A DNA stretch of 64,000 bases, taken from the IMG/VR virus record IMGVR_UViG_3300037400_004093, positions 2,591 through 66,590 of that record; one strand, 5' to 3'. The DNA comes from a virus. Its lineage: Duplodnaviria; Caudoviricetes. The position numbers and the translations under genes are program-made. Positions 16,754 through 27,516 of the stretch are shown here, one piece after another. Within the stretch, counting starts at the first letter, position 1. Each line of letters starts with the position of its first letter. The notes under the pieces were generated by a model. The model saw only the letters and a program-made list of their open reading frames with translations, searched no databases and was not told the origin of the DNA.

Positions 16754-18064
16754 TTGTCTTTGGCTAAGATAGATAAACTTATAAAGTACACCGCAGGGCA
16801 AAAGAAAGAATTTATAAATTCTCTTGTAGATTTAGGTGCTTCAAAAAAAGAAGCTAATAAAATAGCCAATAACTATCGTGATCATGTTAGGCAAATGGTT
16901 AAAGACAAAATTGCTAAAGAAAATTTATCTTCTACGACTGATTTAGCAAATATAACCAAAGAAACATCTCGTGATGCATTTAATCAAGGAATAGATAGCA
17001 CTTTAAATGCTTTAAAAGAAGGCAATCTTGATAAATTATCCGAAATGGATTCAGTTGGCATTTTTAAAGGAACAAACTTTCATGGGCAATTCAAAGGGAA
17101 ATCAATTCCTCAGTCAACATTCCGTAGATCTCCTACAGATTATGAAGGAGCTATGGAAGAGGCAAATATCCCTAAAGTACATGACTATGCTCATACTGAT
17201 GGTAAATTAGATGCTAGTTCTGGTCCTGGTCCTACTCGAGAAATGGGACAAGGCGGTTTCGGAGATTCCACAAAAGATGCTCCTGGAAGTTCAAATATAC
17301 CAAATACTCCATCTTCATCAAACGCTCCTCCTCCGTTAAATAATCCATGGGGTAATGAAGTAGCTACATGGGACAAACCAAATCCAATAGATCCATGGAA
17401 TGAAAGAACTAAATGGGAAAGAGGACAACATCACAGAACTAAAGAGCAAACAGAGGATATAAAACAAAGATGGACTGCAAGCAGACAAAGAGTAAAAGAT
17501 ATAGAAGAACAATGGAATGAAAACATGGCTTCAGGTGATTACGACAGAAATAAAGGTTGGAAAGCCATGTTAAAAGGTCGAAATGTCGATGAAGTAAAAG
17601 CTCATAATGATGCAAGAGGCAAATATTTTCCAAAAAGACAGCAAATAAATACTGAACTTAGAGCTGCAGAAAATGGAGTTAGTGCAGGAACACAAGAATT
17701 ATTAGATAAGGCTGCTGGTAATGCTAAAAATGGTAAAGCACATGAAGCATGGGCAGAAAGATGGTCTAATAAATTAAAAGGTGGAGAAGCGTTAATAGCA
17801 GAAGCTGAAAAAACAGGTGATTGGAATAAAGTAACAGGTTTCTTTAATGAAGAAGTAAAGACAGGAGATCAAGCAAGAGCCATTTTGCATGATCAATTTA
17901 ATAAATCTTTAAAGTCCGGCCCTAGCCCTATGGATTATATAACCGGATATAAAGTTCCTTCAACAGCAGCTGGTTTAGCGATAGCTGGTTCTGTAGCTTC
18001 AGGAATAGCTGGTGGAGATAATGGCCAAAGAACTAATGCTCAACTTTACTCTTCTCCTTTCTAA
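16754..18064 (+). CDS. putative virion protein, Pro/Gly linker and hydrophobic C-terminus
   Basis: TTG start with GAGGAGG RBS; TAAGLAIAGSVASGIAGG. Confidence 0.7.
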   Translation: MSLAKIDKLIKYTAGQKKEFINSLVDLGASKKEANKIANNYRDHVRQMVKDKIAKENLSSTTDLANITKETSRDAFNQGIDSTLNALKEGNLDKLSEMDSVGIFKGTNFHGQFKGKSIPQSTFRRSPTDYEGAMEEANIPKVHDYAHTDGKLDASSGPGPTREMGQGGFGDSTKDAPGSSNIPNTPSSSNAPPPLNNPWGNEVATWDKPNPIDPWNERTKWERGQHHRTKEQTEDIKQRWTASRQRVKDIEEQWNENMASGDYDRNKGWKAMLKGRNVDEVKAHNDARGKYFPKRQQINTELRAAENGVSAGTQELLDKAAGNAKNGKAHEAWAERWSNKLKGGEALIAEAEKTGDWNKVTGFFNEEVKTGDQARAILHDQFNKSLKSGPSPMDYITGYKVPSTAAGLAIAGSVASGIAGGDNGQRTNAQLYSSPF

Positions 18065-18120
18065 GATAATGTGATATAATAATATTTATATTCTATAATC
18101 AAAAAGGAGAAATAAAAAAA

Positions 18121-18576
18121 ATGGGTATATTTTTTGAAGATGACAATGAAAATTATATCACCGTCGGAAGTAACGCTAGAGAAACAGTAGATAGGATCAC
18201 CGGCAAAAAACAGTCTTTAATTGATGATGATTATAACATGTTTAAGGACGACGAAGAATGGGAAAAATTGAGAAAAACAGGAAAGAAAGTAGAAATAGAT
18301 AATATCATAAATGATTTAATCACGAAAAGTGATTTTAGTGAAGAAACAGAAGAAGAAAATATTAATGAGTTTAAATTAGAAAGCAAAGAATCTATTTCAA
18401 ATTATTTAGACAGATTAAAAAAATTTTGTCGAAAAACTTATTTTCCATATAATTGTCCTAAATGTCCTATTAGAAATGATTTAGAAACTTGTTCTTCTCT
18501 TGATCCTTCTTCTTGTTGTGAACCTTTACCTAATGAAAAAGAAGATCCGTATTGGATAGAATCGAAAAAGAGTTGA
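18121..18576 (+). CDS. Cys-rich hypothetical protein (moron-like)
   Basis: AAAGGAG RBS; CPKCPIRNDLETC...CC; TGaTATAAT at 18072-18080. Confidence 0.6.
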   Translation: MGIFFEDDNENYITVGSNARETVDRITGKKQSLIDDDYNMFKDDEEWEKLRKTGKKVEIDNIINDLITKSDFSEETEEENINEFKLESKESISNYLDRLKKFCRKTYFPYNCPKCPIRNDLETCSSLDPSSCCEPLPNEKEDPYWIESKKS

Positions 18577-18587
18577 TATTATAAATT

Positions 18588-21500
18588 ATGGATACACAAT
18601 TATCACATAAGCTTTCGAGGAATGAATTTGATAAACTATTCTTCGAAAGCTTAGAAAATGTTGGATTACCTAAAGATTTTCTAGGAGAAACCTCTTATGG
18701 TTTTGAAAACAATCAAGAGAGTAATGGTCGTGCATGGTATGATCCAAAAAAGAAACGAGTTGTTTTTAACACAGCTCATCTAAGTTTAAATCGAGATGAT
18801 AGTTTTGAATTAGTACAGAAAATGCATCATGAATTAGGTCATGCATTTCAACATTATTATTATGAAAAAAAAGGACTGTATTTTCCTATATATACTAAGC
18901 ACTCTCAATTTAAAGAAAATAACGAGTACTTTTCAAGACTTAATGCTTTCGAAGAAAATTCGAGATTAGTAGAGTATTCTTTAGGAAAAAGAAATTCTTA
19001 TGGTTTATTAGAAAACATATATCAGCATTCACAAGCTCCAACTTTAACAGGAAATGGCAAAAAAGATTTAGCAAATTTTACTAAATTCTTTAACAAAACT
19101 AACCAAGAATTTAGCAATCTCTCTTTTCCCGAACAAAGTAAGATATTAAGACAATCCTTTATGGATTTGAAAACAGACAATCATGTAACACCGACTATCG
19201 ATAATGTCATTAAACATTTTACTAAAAATGTTATGCCTGCAAGAATAGAAGAAACAACTAAGTTGTTAGGCATAAAAAACAGTAATTTTAATTCTATTTT
19301 TAAATATGCTGAAGAAACATATAATAAAACAGGCGATACTACAAGGTTAAGTTTACTTAATGCATTTATTAAAGATATAAAGAACTTTAAAGAAGAATCT
19401 TATACTAAATATTATGAATCTGGACAACAAAGAGAACAAAAAAGATTTTTAACTCGTTATTTAAGATTTGAAAATCAATTATCCATAGAAGATAAAACTG
19501 CTATAAATGACATTATTGATAGAAGTTTTATCGTTATGAAAAAAGAAAATAGTTTGCAACCACGAAACCAGAATCAAAACAAATTAAATTTTTCAAATCT
19601 TGAACATACAATGAATTCTGCCGTGAATTTCTCTAGAGATCCAGATATTAAATATTTTGAAACAATTAAAAATAAATCTTTATTATTAAGTAACATTGTT
19701 GGAGTCGGGGAAACACAAAGATTAATTAATAGATTGGAAACAGATTTAAAAGCAAGCATTGACAGCAATAATTGGATAAGTAGAGATGGTTTTAACAATA
19801 TATTTGCCAATAATACATTATTATTAAACAGTACAGAAGTAGGAAATGCTATCCAAGACTTACCAGTAAATAAGTCAATGTTTAAAAATATATCTGAATA
19901 TAATAAATCGACATCAAATATTACTGAAAAATCTTCTTCAGACAATAAATTACATTCTGAATTCGAAATTACTAAAGACGATCAAGATTTAATCAATGAC
20001 ATTAATGCTCAAGACGTAAAAAATGAAATTTTACCGGAGCAACAAAGATATAACGATACTTTATCGAATTTTATAGATGAAGACGAATCGTTAGAGAGTA
20101 ATCAAGCTTCTACACCAGAAGAATATTATAAAGCACTTGATAAAGAAAGACCGGGGTCACGCTTTAATTCTTACACTAATAGCTTAAATGACACCATATA
20201 TGAAGATGAAAATTTAGAAAGTAATCTTGCTTCTTCTCCGCAAGAATATTATGAAGCATTGGAGAATGAACAGCCTATTGCAGCTTCCACATCCAAATCC
20301 ACTGAATATGTAAATAATCCTTATGTCGACAGTCTTGAAAAAGAATTAAAAAATCAAGAAAAAGAATTAAATGACACATTATCGGTTTCAAAAGGCAAAA
20401 CTTTAAGTAAAAAACAAAAGAAGTTACTTAATAAGAAGATACAGTCTATACAAAACAAGATAGAAGCTATAAAAGAAAAATTAGATGATATAAAGAATGG
20501 AAACTATACTAATATTGATTCGCAGAAAGATATTGAAGGTTCTAATACCCAAAAACATGAAACACCCAAAAACACGACTAAAAAAACTTTATACTTTGAT
20601 AGCAAGCATCAAGATAAGTACAAGATTAAAGATAACAACTTAAACACATTAAACTTTACAGAGTCATTAGATGTTGCGAGAAATAATATAAAATTAAGAG
20701 ATAGTTTCGTCATAAATCCGAACCATGCTGATAAAATTGATCAATTAAAATTTAATAACTTTTTAGCTGCTGTAGACAAAATTGAAAACAAAGCAATTCG
20801 TCAAAGTAAAAAAGATTCTACGCCTTTACCTTCTAAAGAAGAACTTTTACAAACTGTAAAAGAAGAACTTTTAACGCCCACAAAAAAGTATCATGATGGA
20901 ATGTATCCTTCTACTGTAGGATATTTGCAAAATGGATATGTCAGTGTAAATACAGATACAAATATAAAAAGTTTTGAAATCTTAACTAATCATAGGATAT
21001 TGGATTTAGATATACCTTTATCCGAACAAGATGAAGATATCAAGAATTATCTAGATGGATATTCCAGAAAAAATAGATCCATATTGCAATCTGTAAATAA
21101 AATGCAGAATTCGTTAGGACTTCTTAATGATGAAATAAGAGCTCCTTTAATCGATATGGGCTACGTCGGTTTTAAACAAGATAATAATTACAATTTCTTT
21201 AGGAATACAAATACAAGCGCAAGACAATTGACTTTGAAAGATAGCCCTGAAGTCAAAATGAGTGGTCCAGAATTTGTTAAAGATATTGATTATGATAAAT
21301 TCATTGATAAACCTAAAGAATATATTAATTCGCCTAAAAAAAACTATGACGTATATTATGCTGTAAATCCAGAAGATATAACAGAATCAGGGATTGCTCT
21401 TAGAGGAACAGATGTAAATTCAATAGAGCATAGTTTCCAAGGCAATACATTTTATGGAACAGAAGAAGATATAAAAGATTTTGGCAAACCAAGATTACTA

Positions 21501-22841
21501 ATAACAGCTTCGAGAGAAGAAAAACAAAAGATAGAAAATATACCGGCATTTAATGAATTACGACAAAGCTTAGAGATAGACTATAATAGTGGAAGGATAG
21601 ATTCATTTGATTCTTACGATGATTATCTTACCAACTTAAAAAAAGAACTTAAAAAATATTCGGAATTTAAAGATCCAGATCTCACAAAAGCTCTTAATGA
21701 AAATAAGATAACTATTTCTTCTGTAAAAAGGTTAAAAGGAACTTTATCTATTTCGGATGATGAATTGATTCACCTAGATAAACCATTATCTGAACAGTCT
21801 GAAAAAGTACGTGATTTCTTCGCCAAATATGATATCGACGATGATTTGTCGAAAACTATGGAAAATTGGCGAATTAAGACCAGAACAGTTGGAGCATCAG
21901 ATGCCGATAACGATTTATATAAGAAATTAGGTATTTTAGGTGCCAAAAATGGTAATTCTTTTACTTTATTTAGAGGACAAGCAACTTATGATGCTTTTAA
22001 ACCTAAAACTATTACTTCTATACATAAAGATGTTGAAGGTAGTTCTTTAATTTCTAATCAAGATTTAACAGATATAAATTTACTAAATAAATATAGTAGA
22101 TTAGATGATGACGAAATAGAGTCTTCGATATCTCGATTAAAGCAGCAAATAGAAGCAGGTGGCTCTGAACTCTATACTCATAAAAGATTTGACAGCCAAG
22201 GAAAAGAACTTGTTGTACCTAATGAAAAACTAAAAGAATTACTAGAATTAAGAGAAGCAAGAAAAAGACAAGGTAATTATTCTATATCGAAAGATAAAGA
22301 AATTCCTATCGATAAAGATATCTACGTAAATCCTAGTGGCAAAAAGAAAAAAGGGTTAGGAATAGATTTAGAGAGTGCATCTAAATGGCAAAAAGAACAA
22401 AGAGAAAGTTCTTTTGGCACAGATTTTATATCTAATGGTTTCAAACCAGATTATGATATAAATGGCAGCAGAATTTATTATGATTCAAAAGGCAATAAAA
22501 TACCCAAAGAAGAATTATTAATAAATATCAAACAAAATAGACCAGAAGTACAATCTCCTTTAACGGCAGAAGAAGAATTAGAATTTAGAAAGATGAAAGC
22601 AGAAGCTTTAAGAACCAATAAAAAAGTAAGTGATGTCGTTATAGAGCATAAATATAATGAAGAAAAAATTAATATGGATTCTGGCGTTAAAACTACCGGA
22701 GAAAAAGCTAAGAAAATCGCTGAAAAGGTTACTAAAGCTGGTCATGGTAAAGCGGTACATAATATTGTTACTGTTGGAGCTGGAGCATTGATAGGTGCTG
22801 GTTTAACTTATTTAGCTGTTACCGATGAAGACAGTAGATAA
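18588..22841 (+). CDS. large polyvalent-type protein: HExxH peptidase, two LPD23-like repeats, C-terminal TM helix
   Basis: MHHELGHAFQH; LDLDIPLSEQDE and IHLDKPLSEQSEKVR; GAGALIGAGLTYLAV. Confidence 0.55.
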   Translation: MDTQLSHKLSRNEFDKLFFESLENVGLPKDFLGETSYGFENNQESNGRAWYDPKKKRVVFNTAHLSLNRDDSFELVQKMHHELGHAFQHYYYEKKGLYFPIYTKHSQFKENNEYFSRLNAFEENSRLVEYSLGKRNSYGLLENIYQHSQAPTLTGNGKKDLANFTKFFNKTNQEFSNLSFPEQSKILRQSFMDLKTDNHVTPTIDNVIKHFTKNVMPARIEETTKLLGIKNSNFNSIFKYAEETYNKTGDTTRLSLLNAFIKDIKNFKEESYTKYYESGQQREQKRFLTRYLRFENQLSIEDKTAINDIIDRSFIVMKKENSLQPRNQNQNKLNFSNLEHTMNSAVNFSRDPDIKYFETIKNKSLLLSNIVGVGETQRLINRLETDLKASIDSNNWISRDGFNNIFANNTLLLNSTEVGNAIQDLPVNKSMFKNISEYNKSTSNITEKSSSDNKLHSEFEITKDDQDLINDINAQDVKNEILPEQQRYNDTLSNFIDEDESLESNQASTPEEYYKALDKERPGSRFNSYTNSLNDTIYEDENLESNLASSPQEYYEALENEQPIAASTSKSTEYVNNPYVDSLEKELKNQEKELNDTLSVSKGKTLSKKQKKLLNKKIQSIQNKIEAIKEKLDDIKNGNYTNIDSQKDIEGSNTQKHETPKNTTKKTLYFDSKHQDKYKIKDNNLNTLNFTESLDVARNNIKLRDSFVINPNHADKIDQLKFNNFLAAVDKIENKAIRQSKKDSTPLPSKEELLQTVKEELLTPTKKYHDGMYPSTVGYLQNGYVSVNTDTNIKSFEILTNHRILDLDIPLSEQDEDIKNYLDGYSRKNRSILQSVNKMQNSLGLLNDEIRAPLIDMGYVGFKQDNNYNFFRNTNTSARQLTLKDSPEVKMSGPEFVKDIDYDKFIDKPKEYINSPKKNYDVYYAVNPEDITESGIALRGTDVNSIEHSFQGNTFYGTEEDIKDFGKPRLLITASREEKQKIENIPAFNELRQSLEIDYNSGRIDSFDSYDDYLTNLKKELKKYSEFKDPDLTKALNENKITISSVKRLKGTLSISDDELIHLDKPLSEQSEKVRDFFAKYDIDDDLSKTMENWRIKTRTVGASDADNDLYKKLGILGAKNGNSFTLFRGQATYDAFKPKTITSIHKDVEGSSLISNQDLTDINLLNKYSRLDDDEIESSISRLKQQIEAGGSELYTHKRFDSQGKELVVPNEKLKELLELREARKRQGNYSISKDKEIPIDKDIYVNPSGKKKKGLGIDLESASKWQKEQRESSFGTDFISNGFKPDYDINGSRIYYDSKGNKIPKEELLINIKQNRPEVQSPLTAEEELEFRKMKAEALRTNKKVSDVVIEHKYNEEKINMDSGVKTTGEKAKKIAEKVTKAGHGKAVHNIVTVGAGALIGAGLTYLAVTDEDSR

Positions 22842-22853
22842 AAAATAGAAAGG

Positions 22854-25800
22854 ATGATTTTTACGGCATTTAAAAAATTATCGCCAATAGAAGAAGCGAA
22901 ACTAAAAAAAATAATGGATGATCCTGTTTTGTGGGCCAAAGCCTTTATTCAGGCAAGAAATCCTGCTACTATGAAAACTGGACCATGGATAGCGAGAAAA
23001 TATCAAGTAGAAATGATGCACGATGATTCTTTAAGAAAAGTATACCGCATGGGAAGACGTTTGGGTAATAATAAATTTGCCGTCTAATTATGATATGTAC
23101 TGGAATAATTAGATTATAATGGCGGAATTAAGCTGGGAGGGTTATAAATACCTAATCAGAGACCGAACTTTTTATTAAATAAAAAGAGGCGCAACGCATA
23201 GATAGTGAAAAGATATAATCTATCCAAGAGGCCGCCACACGTTGTACATACAAGGATACGTGAAAAGATATGCTAAACTATATTATAATGATATAGAAGT
23301 TAAGATAAAAAACTTAACGATAATAAAATTGAAAACGGATACTATGTGTGTAGAAGGTCTTCATAAAGCTGCCAATAATAAAGGTTTTAGAATCTTATAC
23401 GTAACACCTTATGAAAACCAAGTAGACTTAATATTTGCGAGAATGAAAGAAATCATCGCGGATTCTCCATTAATAAAAACATTAGTGACGAGAATTACTA
23501 ATAGTCCTTATAAAATAGAATTCTCTAATGGATCCCAGATTAGAGGATTTACGACAGGAGCTGCTTCAGGAAATGGAGCAGCGTCGGTAATTTCTTAAAA
23601 ATATTGCCCGAGTCTGGTAGAAAGCCAAGACTTTGAAGATAGGTTAATTGCTGGAACATCCTTTAGATAGGACAATCAGCAGCCATCGCGTTTTTTAAAA
23701 AATGCTTGGTTCAACGACTAGAGAGTGACGCCTCGTAGAATTTAACGTAAATTCGAAATGCCTATCATCTAATAAAACATTAGATTAAGATATAGTCTGT
23801 ACTTATACGTAAGTATAAGAAGGTCGACGAGAGTATATAACGGCGCCGATCGTAACAAATTAGGCGCGGACAGAAAGCTGACATTTTTTTCTTTAATCCA
23901 CTTCATTAAAAAACATTCACTCCCATGGTAATAAATTAATGTAAAGACAAAATATCAATTATTATCATGAGGTGATTTTTAATGAATAATATTAATCCTA
24001 AACACAAAGACAAAATAATATCTATGCTAAAAGATGGGAAAAGTATATCTGAAATAGGACGTACTGTATTACATTCTACTGGAACAGGATCCATTAACAA
24101 TATCATTATAAAATTGGGAATACATCCTGAAGATTATAATAATAAATATTTGTATATGAATAGAGAATGGCTAACCAAAGCAATAGAAAAATATGAAACT
24201 CCATCAAAAATTGCTAAAATATACGGAATGCCTAGGACTTCAGTTACCAGATATGCTGAACGTTTTGAATTATATAAGTCAAAATTTAACAGGACAAAGA
24301 AAAATAATATAAATGAAGATTATTTTAAAAATATAAATACATGCAATAAAAGTTATTGGTTAGGTTTTGTCATGGCAGATGGATGTTTATGTCATATAGG
24401 AACATCAAGAAAATCATTTAGCATAATGATAAAAACAGAAGATAAGTCACATGTAATGCAATTTGCTAAAGATATAGATTTTCCAGAAGATAAAGTAAAA
24501 ACTAGAAAAGCTTTAAGAAAAAATACCATATGTAATACAACAGGATTTACAACTAGCAATAAAATATTTTGTAATAATTTAGAACAACATGGAATAGTCC
24601 CAAGAAAAACAGGAAAAGAAAGTATTCCCAAATCAATTCCTCAAGACTTAAAAAATGATTTTATACGAGGTTTTTTTGATGGTGACGGTCATATAGGATT
24701 TGATAGAATTGAAGTATCTACTACATCATTAACCATGTTAGAACAATTAACAAGTTGGTTATGTAATCATAGAATATTTTACACTATTCAAATTGTAGAT
24801 AAAACAAAATCTGTAATTCTATATCGCATAGTCATATCAAAACAATCTTGGAAAGATTTTCTAGATATAGTTTATTATCCTGGATGTTTTGGATTAGAAA
24901 GAAAAATAAATAAAGTTAAAGAAATACAGTCCACCTTAACAGGTGAATGAAAATGAATTGCCGGAACGCCCTTAGAGTCTTATCTACCATCAGCCAAGTA
25001 TAACGACTTGTTTAGGTAACAACGATAAGAATTGGGTAATCATAGGCAGCCATCGCGTTTCTTGAGAACGCTCGGTTCAACGACTATCCCTCGGCTCGCT
25101 TTCTATAAAATAAATGAGCAATAGGAGTACGGCCCGAAATCGTGGGCGGGTGAAATTCCCTTAATTGGAAGTGTTTTCCCTCTATTTTAGATAGAAGAAG
25201 ATATAGTCTGATCTTATAGGAAACTATAAGAAGGGTAGCATAACGTGCTATTCGTAACATAATGTGGATATTCATGGACGAGATAGATTACATGGGAGAA
25301 GATGATTATTCTACAGTAGCTATGATAGCTAGAGAAAGACCGACTATCGGAATAACAGCTTCTTCAACTCCAACAGGTAAACGTGGGGTAGACAGAATGC
25401 CTCACTATAAAAAACTGACTAATTGCGGGAAACTCCTTAGAGCTATCAAATACTTTTTAAAGTAATAAGTTTGATAGATTGGACAATCTGCAGCCAAGCT
25501 TTATTATATAAAAAAATAAAGAAGGTTCAACGACTAGAATATTATATTTGTACACTTTAAAAAAGTGGAAACGTCAGTCTCTTTTAATTAATTTATATTA
25601 AAAGATGAAGATATAGTCTATAAACTATTGAAAAATAGTTTAATTTTTATATAAAGGTTCTTCTCAATGTGTACTGACGCAAGCTGGGGGTTTAGTGAAC
25701 ACTATCATCCTTCCAGTGATAATCCTTTAAGAACACAAGCAATGGATGATGAAGATAGAGCCCAATTAACGGCTTCTCAATATGACCATGAAATATTAGC

Positions 25801-27406
25801 GATATTTGGTACTGAAGAAGCTGGTGTATTCGATAAAGCCAAATTAGATTTGGCTATGAAACAAGAATATTATACCTATAGTCCTTTAACTGATACTCAA
25901 AGAAGAAATTTAGAAGGCAATGAACTTCCTAATATGTATATCTATGAAGAAGGAGAACGAGCTCCTTCTAATGTATTTAGATGTGTAGGGGTAGTATACA
26001 AGTTTGCTCCGCTATATAGTAATATATAGAAAAATAAAATCCGTTAATTGCTGGAAAATCTATATTTTAAAATAAAATATAGACAATCAGCAGCCAAACT
26101 TTATTATATAAAAAGTAAAGTAGGTTCAACGACTAGAGTTATTTACTCGTACTCTTTTTCATTTATGATAAAGAGGAAGTGCGGAACTCCTTTATTTAAA
26201 AAATCAAATAAAGGATGAAGATATAGTCTGAACTTTATTGAAAAATAAAGCTAACATAAATGAGATTGGGATAAAGTGCAAGCTAGTTCTTCTATAGTAG
26301 TATTAGATTTTGATCAAGCACGTAAAAAATTTAAAGTCTTTAAACGATTTGAAGTACCTCGAAGCGAATATTCATTAGATAATGCTGTAGAATGGATTAT
26401 AAAAATTAATGAAATATATAATCCTTCATGGATATTCTGTGATAGAGGTTATGGTAAAAGATAAAATTGCCGTTTAATGGTTTTTCTTCTATATATTTAT
26501 TGTATATAACATAACCATTAAATTATTAGCGGGCAAAATCGGTGAAAGTTTTTTTAATACAAAAATATTATAAAGCTAATACCGAGGTAATTTATATAGT
26601 GTAGATATATAGATACCGTAACGCATAGTTTTTGAAATAATAAAACCAAGAGTGTCCGCCACGAAGAAGAAATCGTGAAAATATATGCTAATCTGAGTTG
26701 GAAATAACCAACCAATGAAAATGAGTGTAATGCTCCAGAGATTAAGATAAAAAGCTTAATGATAAAAATAAAAATGGATTATCAAATCGAAAGACTTCAT
26801 ATTTATGGAGATAAACATCCTTCTTCTGGTTTAAAAAATAAAGTAGTCGGATGGCAGTTCAAGAACACCGTAGAAATAATAGATCCAGTTACTAAAGTAA
26901 AGACCAAGGAGCCAATGAAGCCCTTTATGGTTAACCAATTAGCCCTTACAATAGAGAGAAATCGCTTAATTTTAAGTCCGTTCGATGAAAAATTACATCA
27001 ACAACTCGTGGACTATGTAGTTGAAAAAGTAACCGATACAGGTGTTCCTAAATATACTAGTAAAAATGAACATTTTGTAGATGCTTTAGGATTGGCTCAT
27101 TTAGCATTTGTTCTTAAATTTCCTGATTTAACTCAAGCTATTAAGAAAATTGAATTTTCATCAAAAATGGCTCATAGTAATGTAAGATTAGGTTCAGAAA
27201 GAATTGAAAACGAACTTCGTGGAGGTACGAGCATGAATCCTTGGGGAAATTTAAAACAAATAGGCAAAGAACCAGGAGAACGACCTGGAGATTATCAGAA
27301 ATGGGTAAAAGTTCCAATGAGAGCAACACCTTCTAATTATTCTAGTCGATCTTCGTGGGGATCAAGAACAAGTGGCCGAGGTATGGGCGGCAGATCTATG
27401 TGGTAA
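22854..27406 (+). CDS. terL: terminase large subunit, 7 exons, 590 aa after splicing
   Basis: Join 22854-23066, 23332-23588, 23864-23882, 25265-25389, 25657-25992, 26263-26455, 26777-27406 (1773 nt, in frame). Restores GRRLG|KT (Walker A), RGQKAD|WIFMDE (Walker B), STPTGKRGV|FF, VGV|DWD and DRGYG|DY. Confidence 0.92.
23067..23331 (+). mobile_element. group I intron terL-I1 (265 nt, no ORF)
   Basis: Exon ends in U, intron ends in G; P7 CAACGCATAG/AAGATATGCT; interrupts Walker A. Confidence 0.85.
23589..23863 (+). mobile_element. group I intron terL-I2 (275 nt, no ORF)
   Basis: AATTGCTGGAA, AATCAGCAG, TTCAACGACTA and GATATAGTCT core motifs; GT|G boundary. Confidence 0.88.
23883..25264 (+). 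mobile_element. group I intron terL-I3 carrying a homing endonuclease
   Basis: Ribozyme core follows the ORF (AATTGCCGGAA...TTCAACGACTA...GAAGATATAGTCT); junction is 23883-25264 or 23886-25267. Confidence 0.85.
23982..24950 (+). CDS. LAGLIDADG homing endonuclease with an N-terminal HTH-like region
   Basis: YWLGFVMADG and FIRGFFDGDG motifs; own GAGGTG RBS inside the intron. Confidence 0.88.
   Translation: MNNINPKHKDKIISMLKDGKSISEIGRTVLHSTGTGSINNIIIKLGIHPEDYNNKYLYMNREWLTKAIEKYETPSKIAKIYGMPRTSVTRYAERFELYKSKFNRTKKNNINEDYFKNINTCNKSYWLGFVMADGCLCHIGTSRKSFSIMIKTEDKSHVMQFAKDIDFPEDKVKTRKALRKNTICNTTGFTTSNKIFCNNLEQHGIVPRKTGKESIPKSIPQDLKNDFIRGFFDGDGHIGFDRIEVSTTSLTMLEQLTSWLCNHRIFYTIQIVDKTKSVILYRIVISKQSWKDFLDIVYYPGCFGLERKINKVKEIQSTLTGE
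25390..25656 (+). mobile_element. group I intron terL-I4 (267 nt)
   Basis: Core motifs present; P3 ACTGAC/GTCAGT; inserted after GGGGT. Confidence 0.87.
25993..26262 (+). mobile_element. group I intron terL-I5 (270 nt)
   Basis: Core motifs, close in sequence to I4; inserted after GGGGT, just before the nuclease catalytic Asp. Confidence 0.87.
26456..26776 (+). mobile_element. group I intron terL-I6 (321 nt)
   Basis: P7 TAACGCATAG/ATATGCTA, same class as I1; GGT|...G boundary. Confidence 0.85.
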
Positions 27407-27516
27407 TACCGGAGTTCCTCCCCTCCGATATTTTTATATATAATATAAAAAACAGGTATCGATTCTTTCCTCCTCTCTCGGTATCTGTTTTTTTATTTTT
27501 AAACGGAGATTTAGAT

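Noticed and set aside
23242-26776. Track ORFs 22854, 23242, 25262, 25667, 26276 and 26759 as separate genes, and 25084-25275
   Set aside because: They are terL exons with intron-derived ends, or lie inside a ribozyme core.
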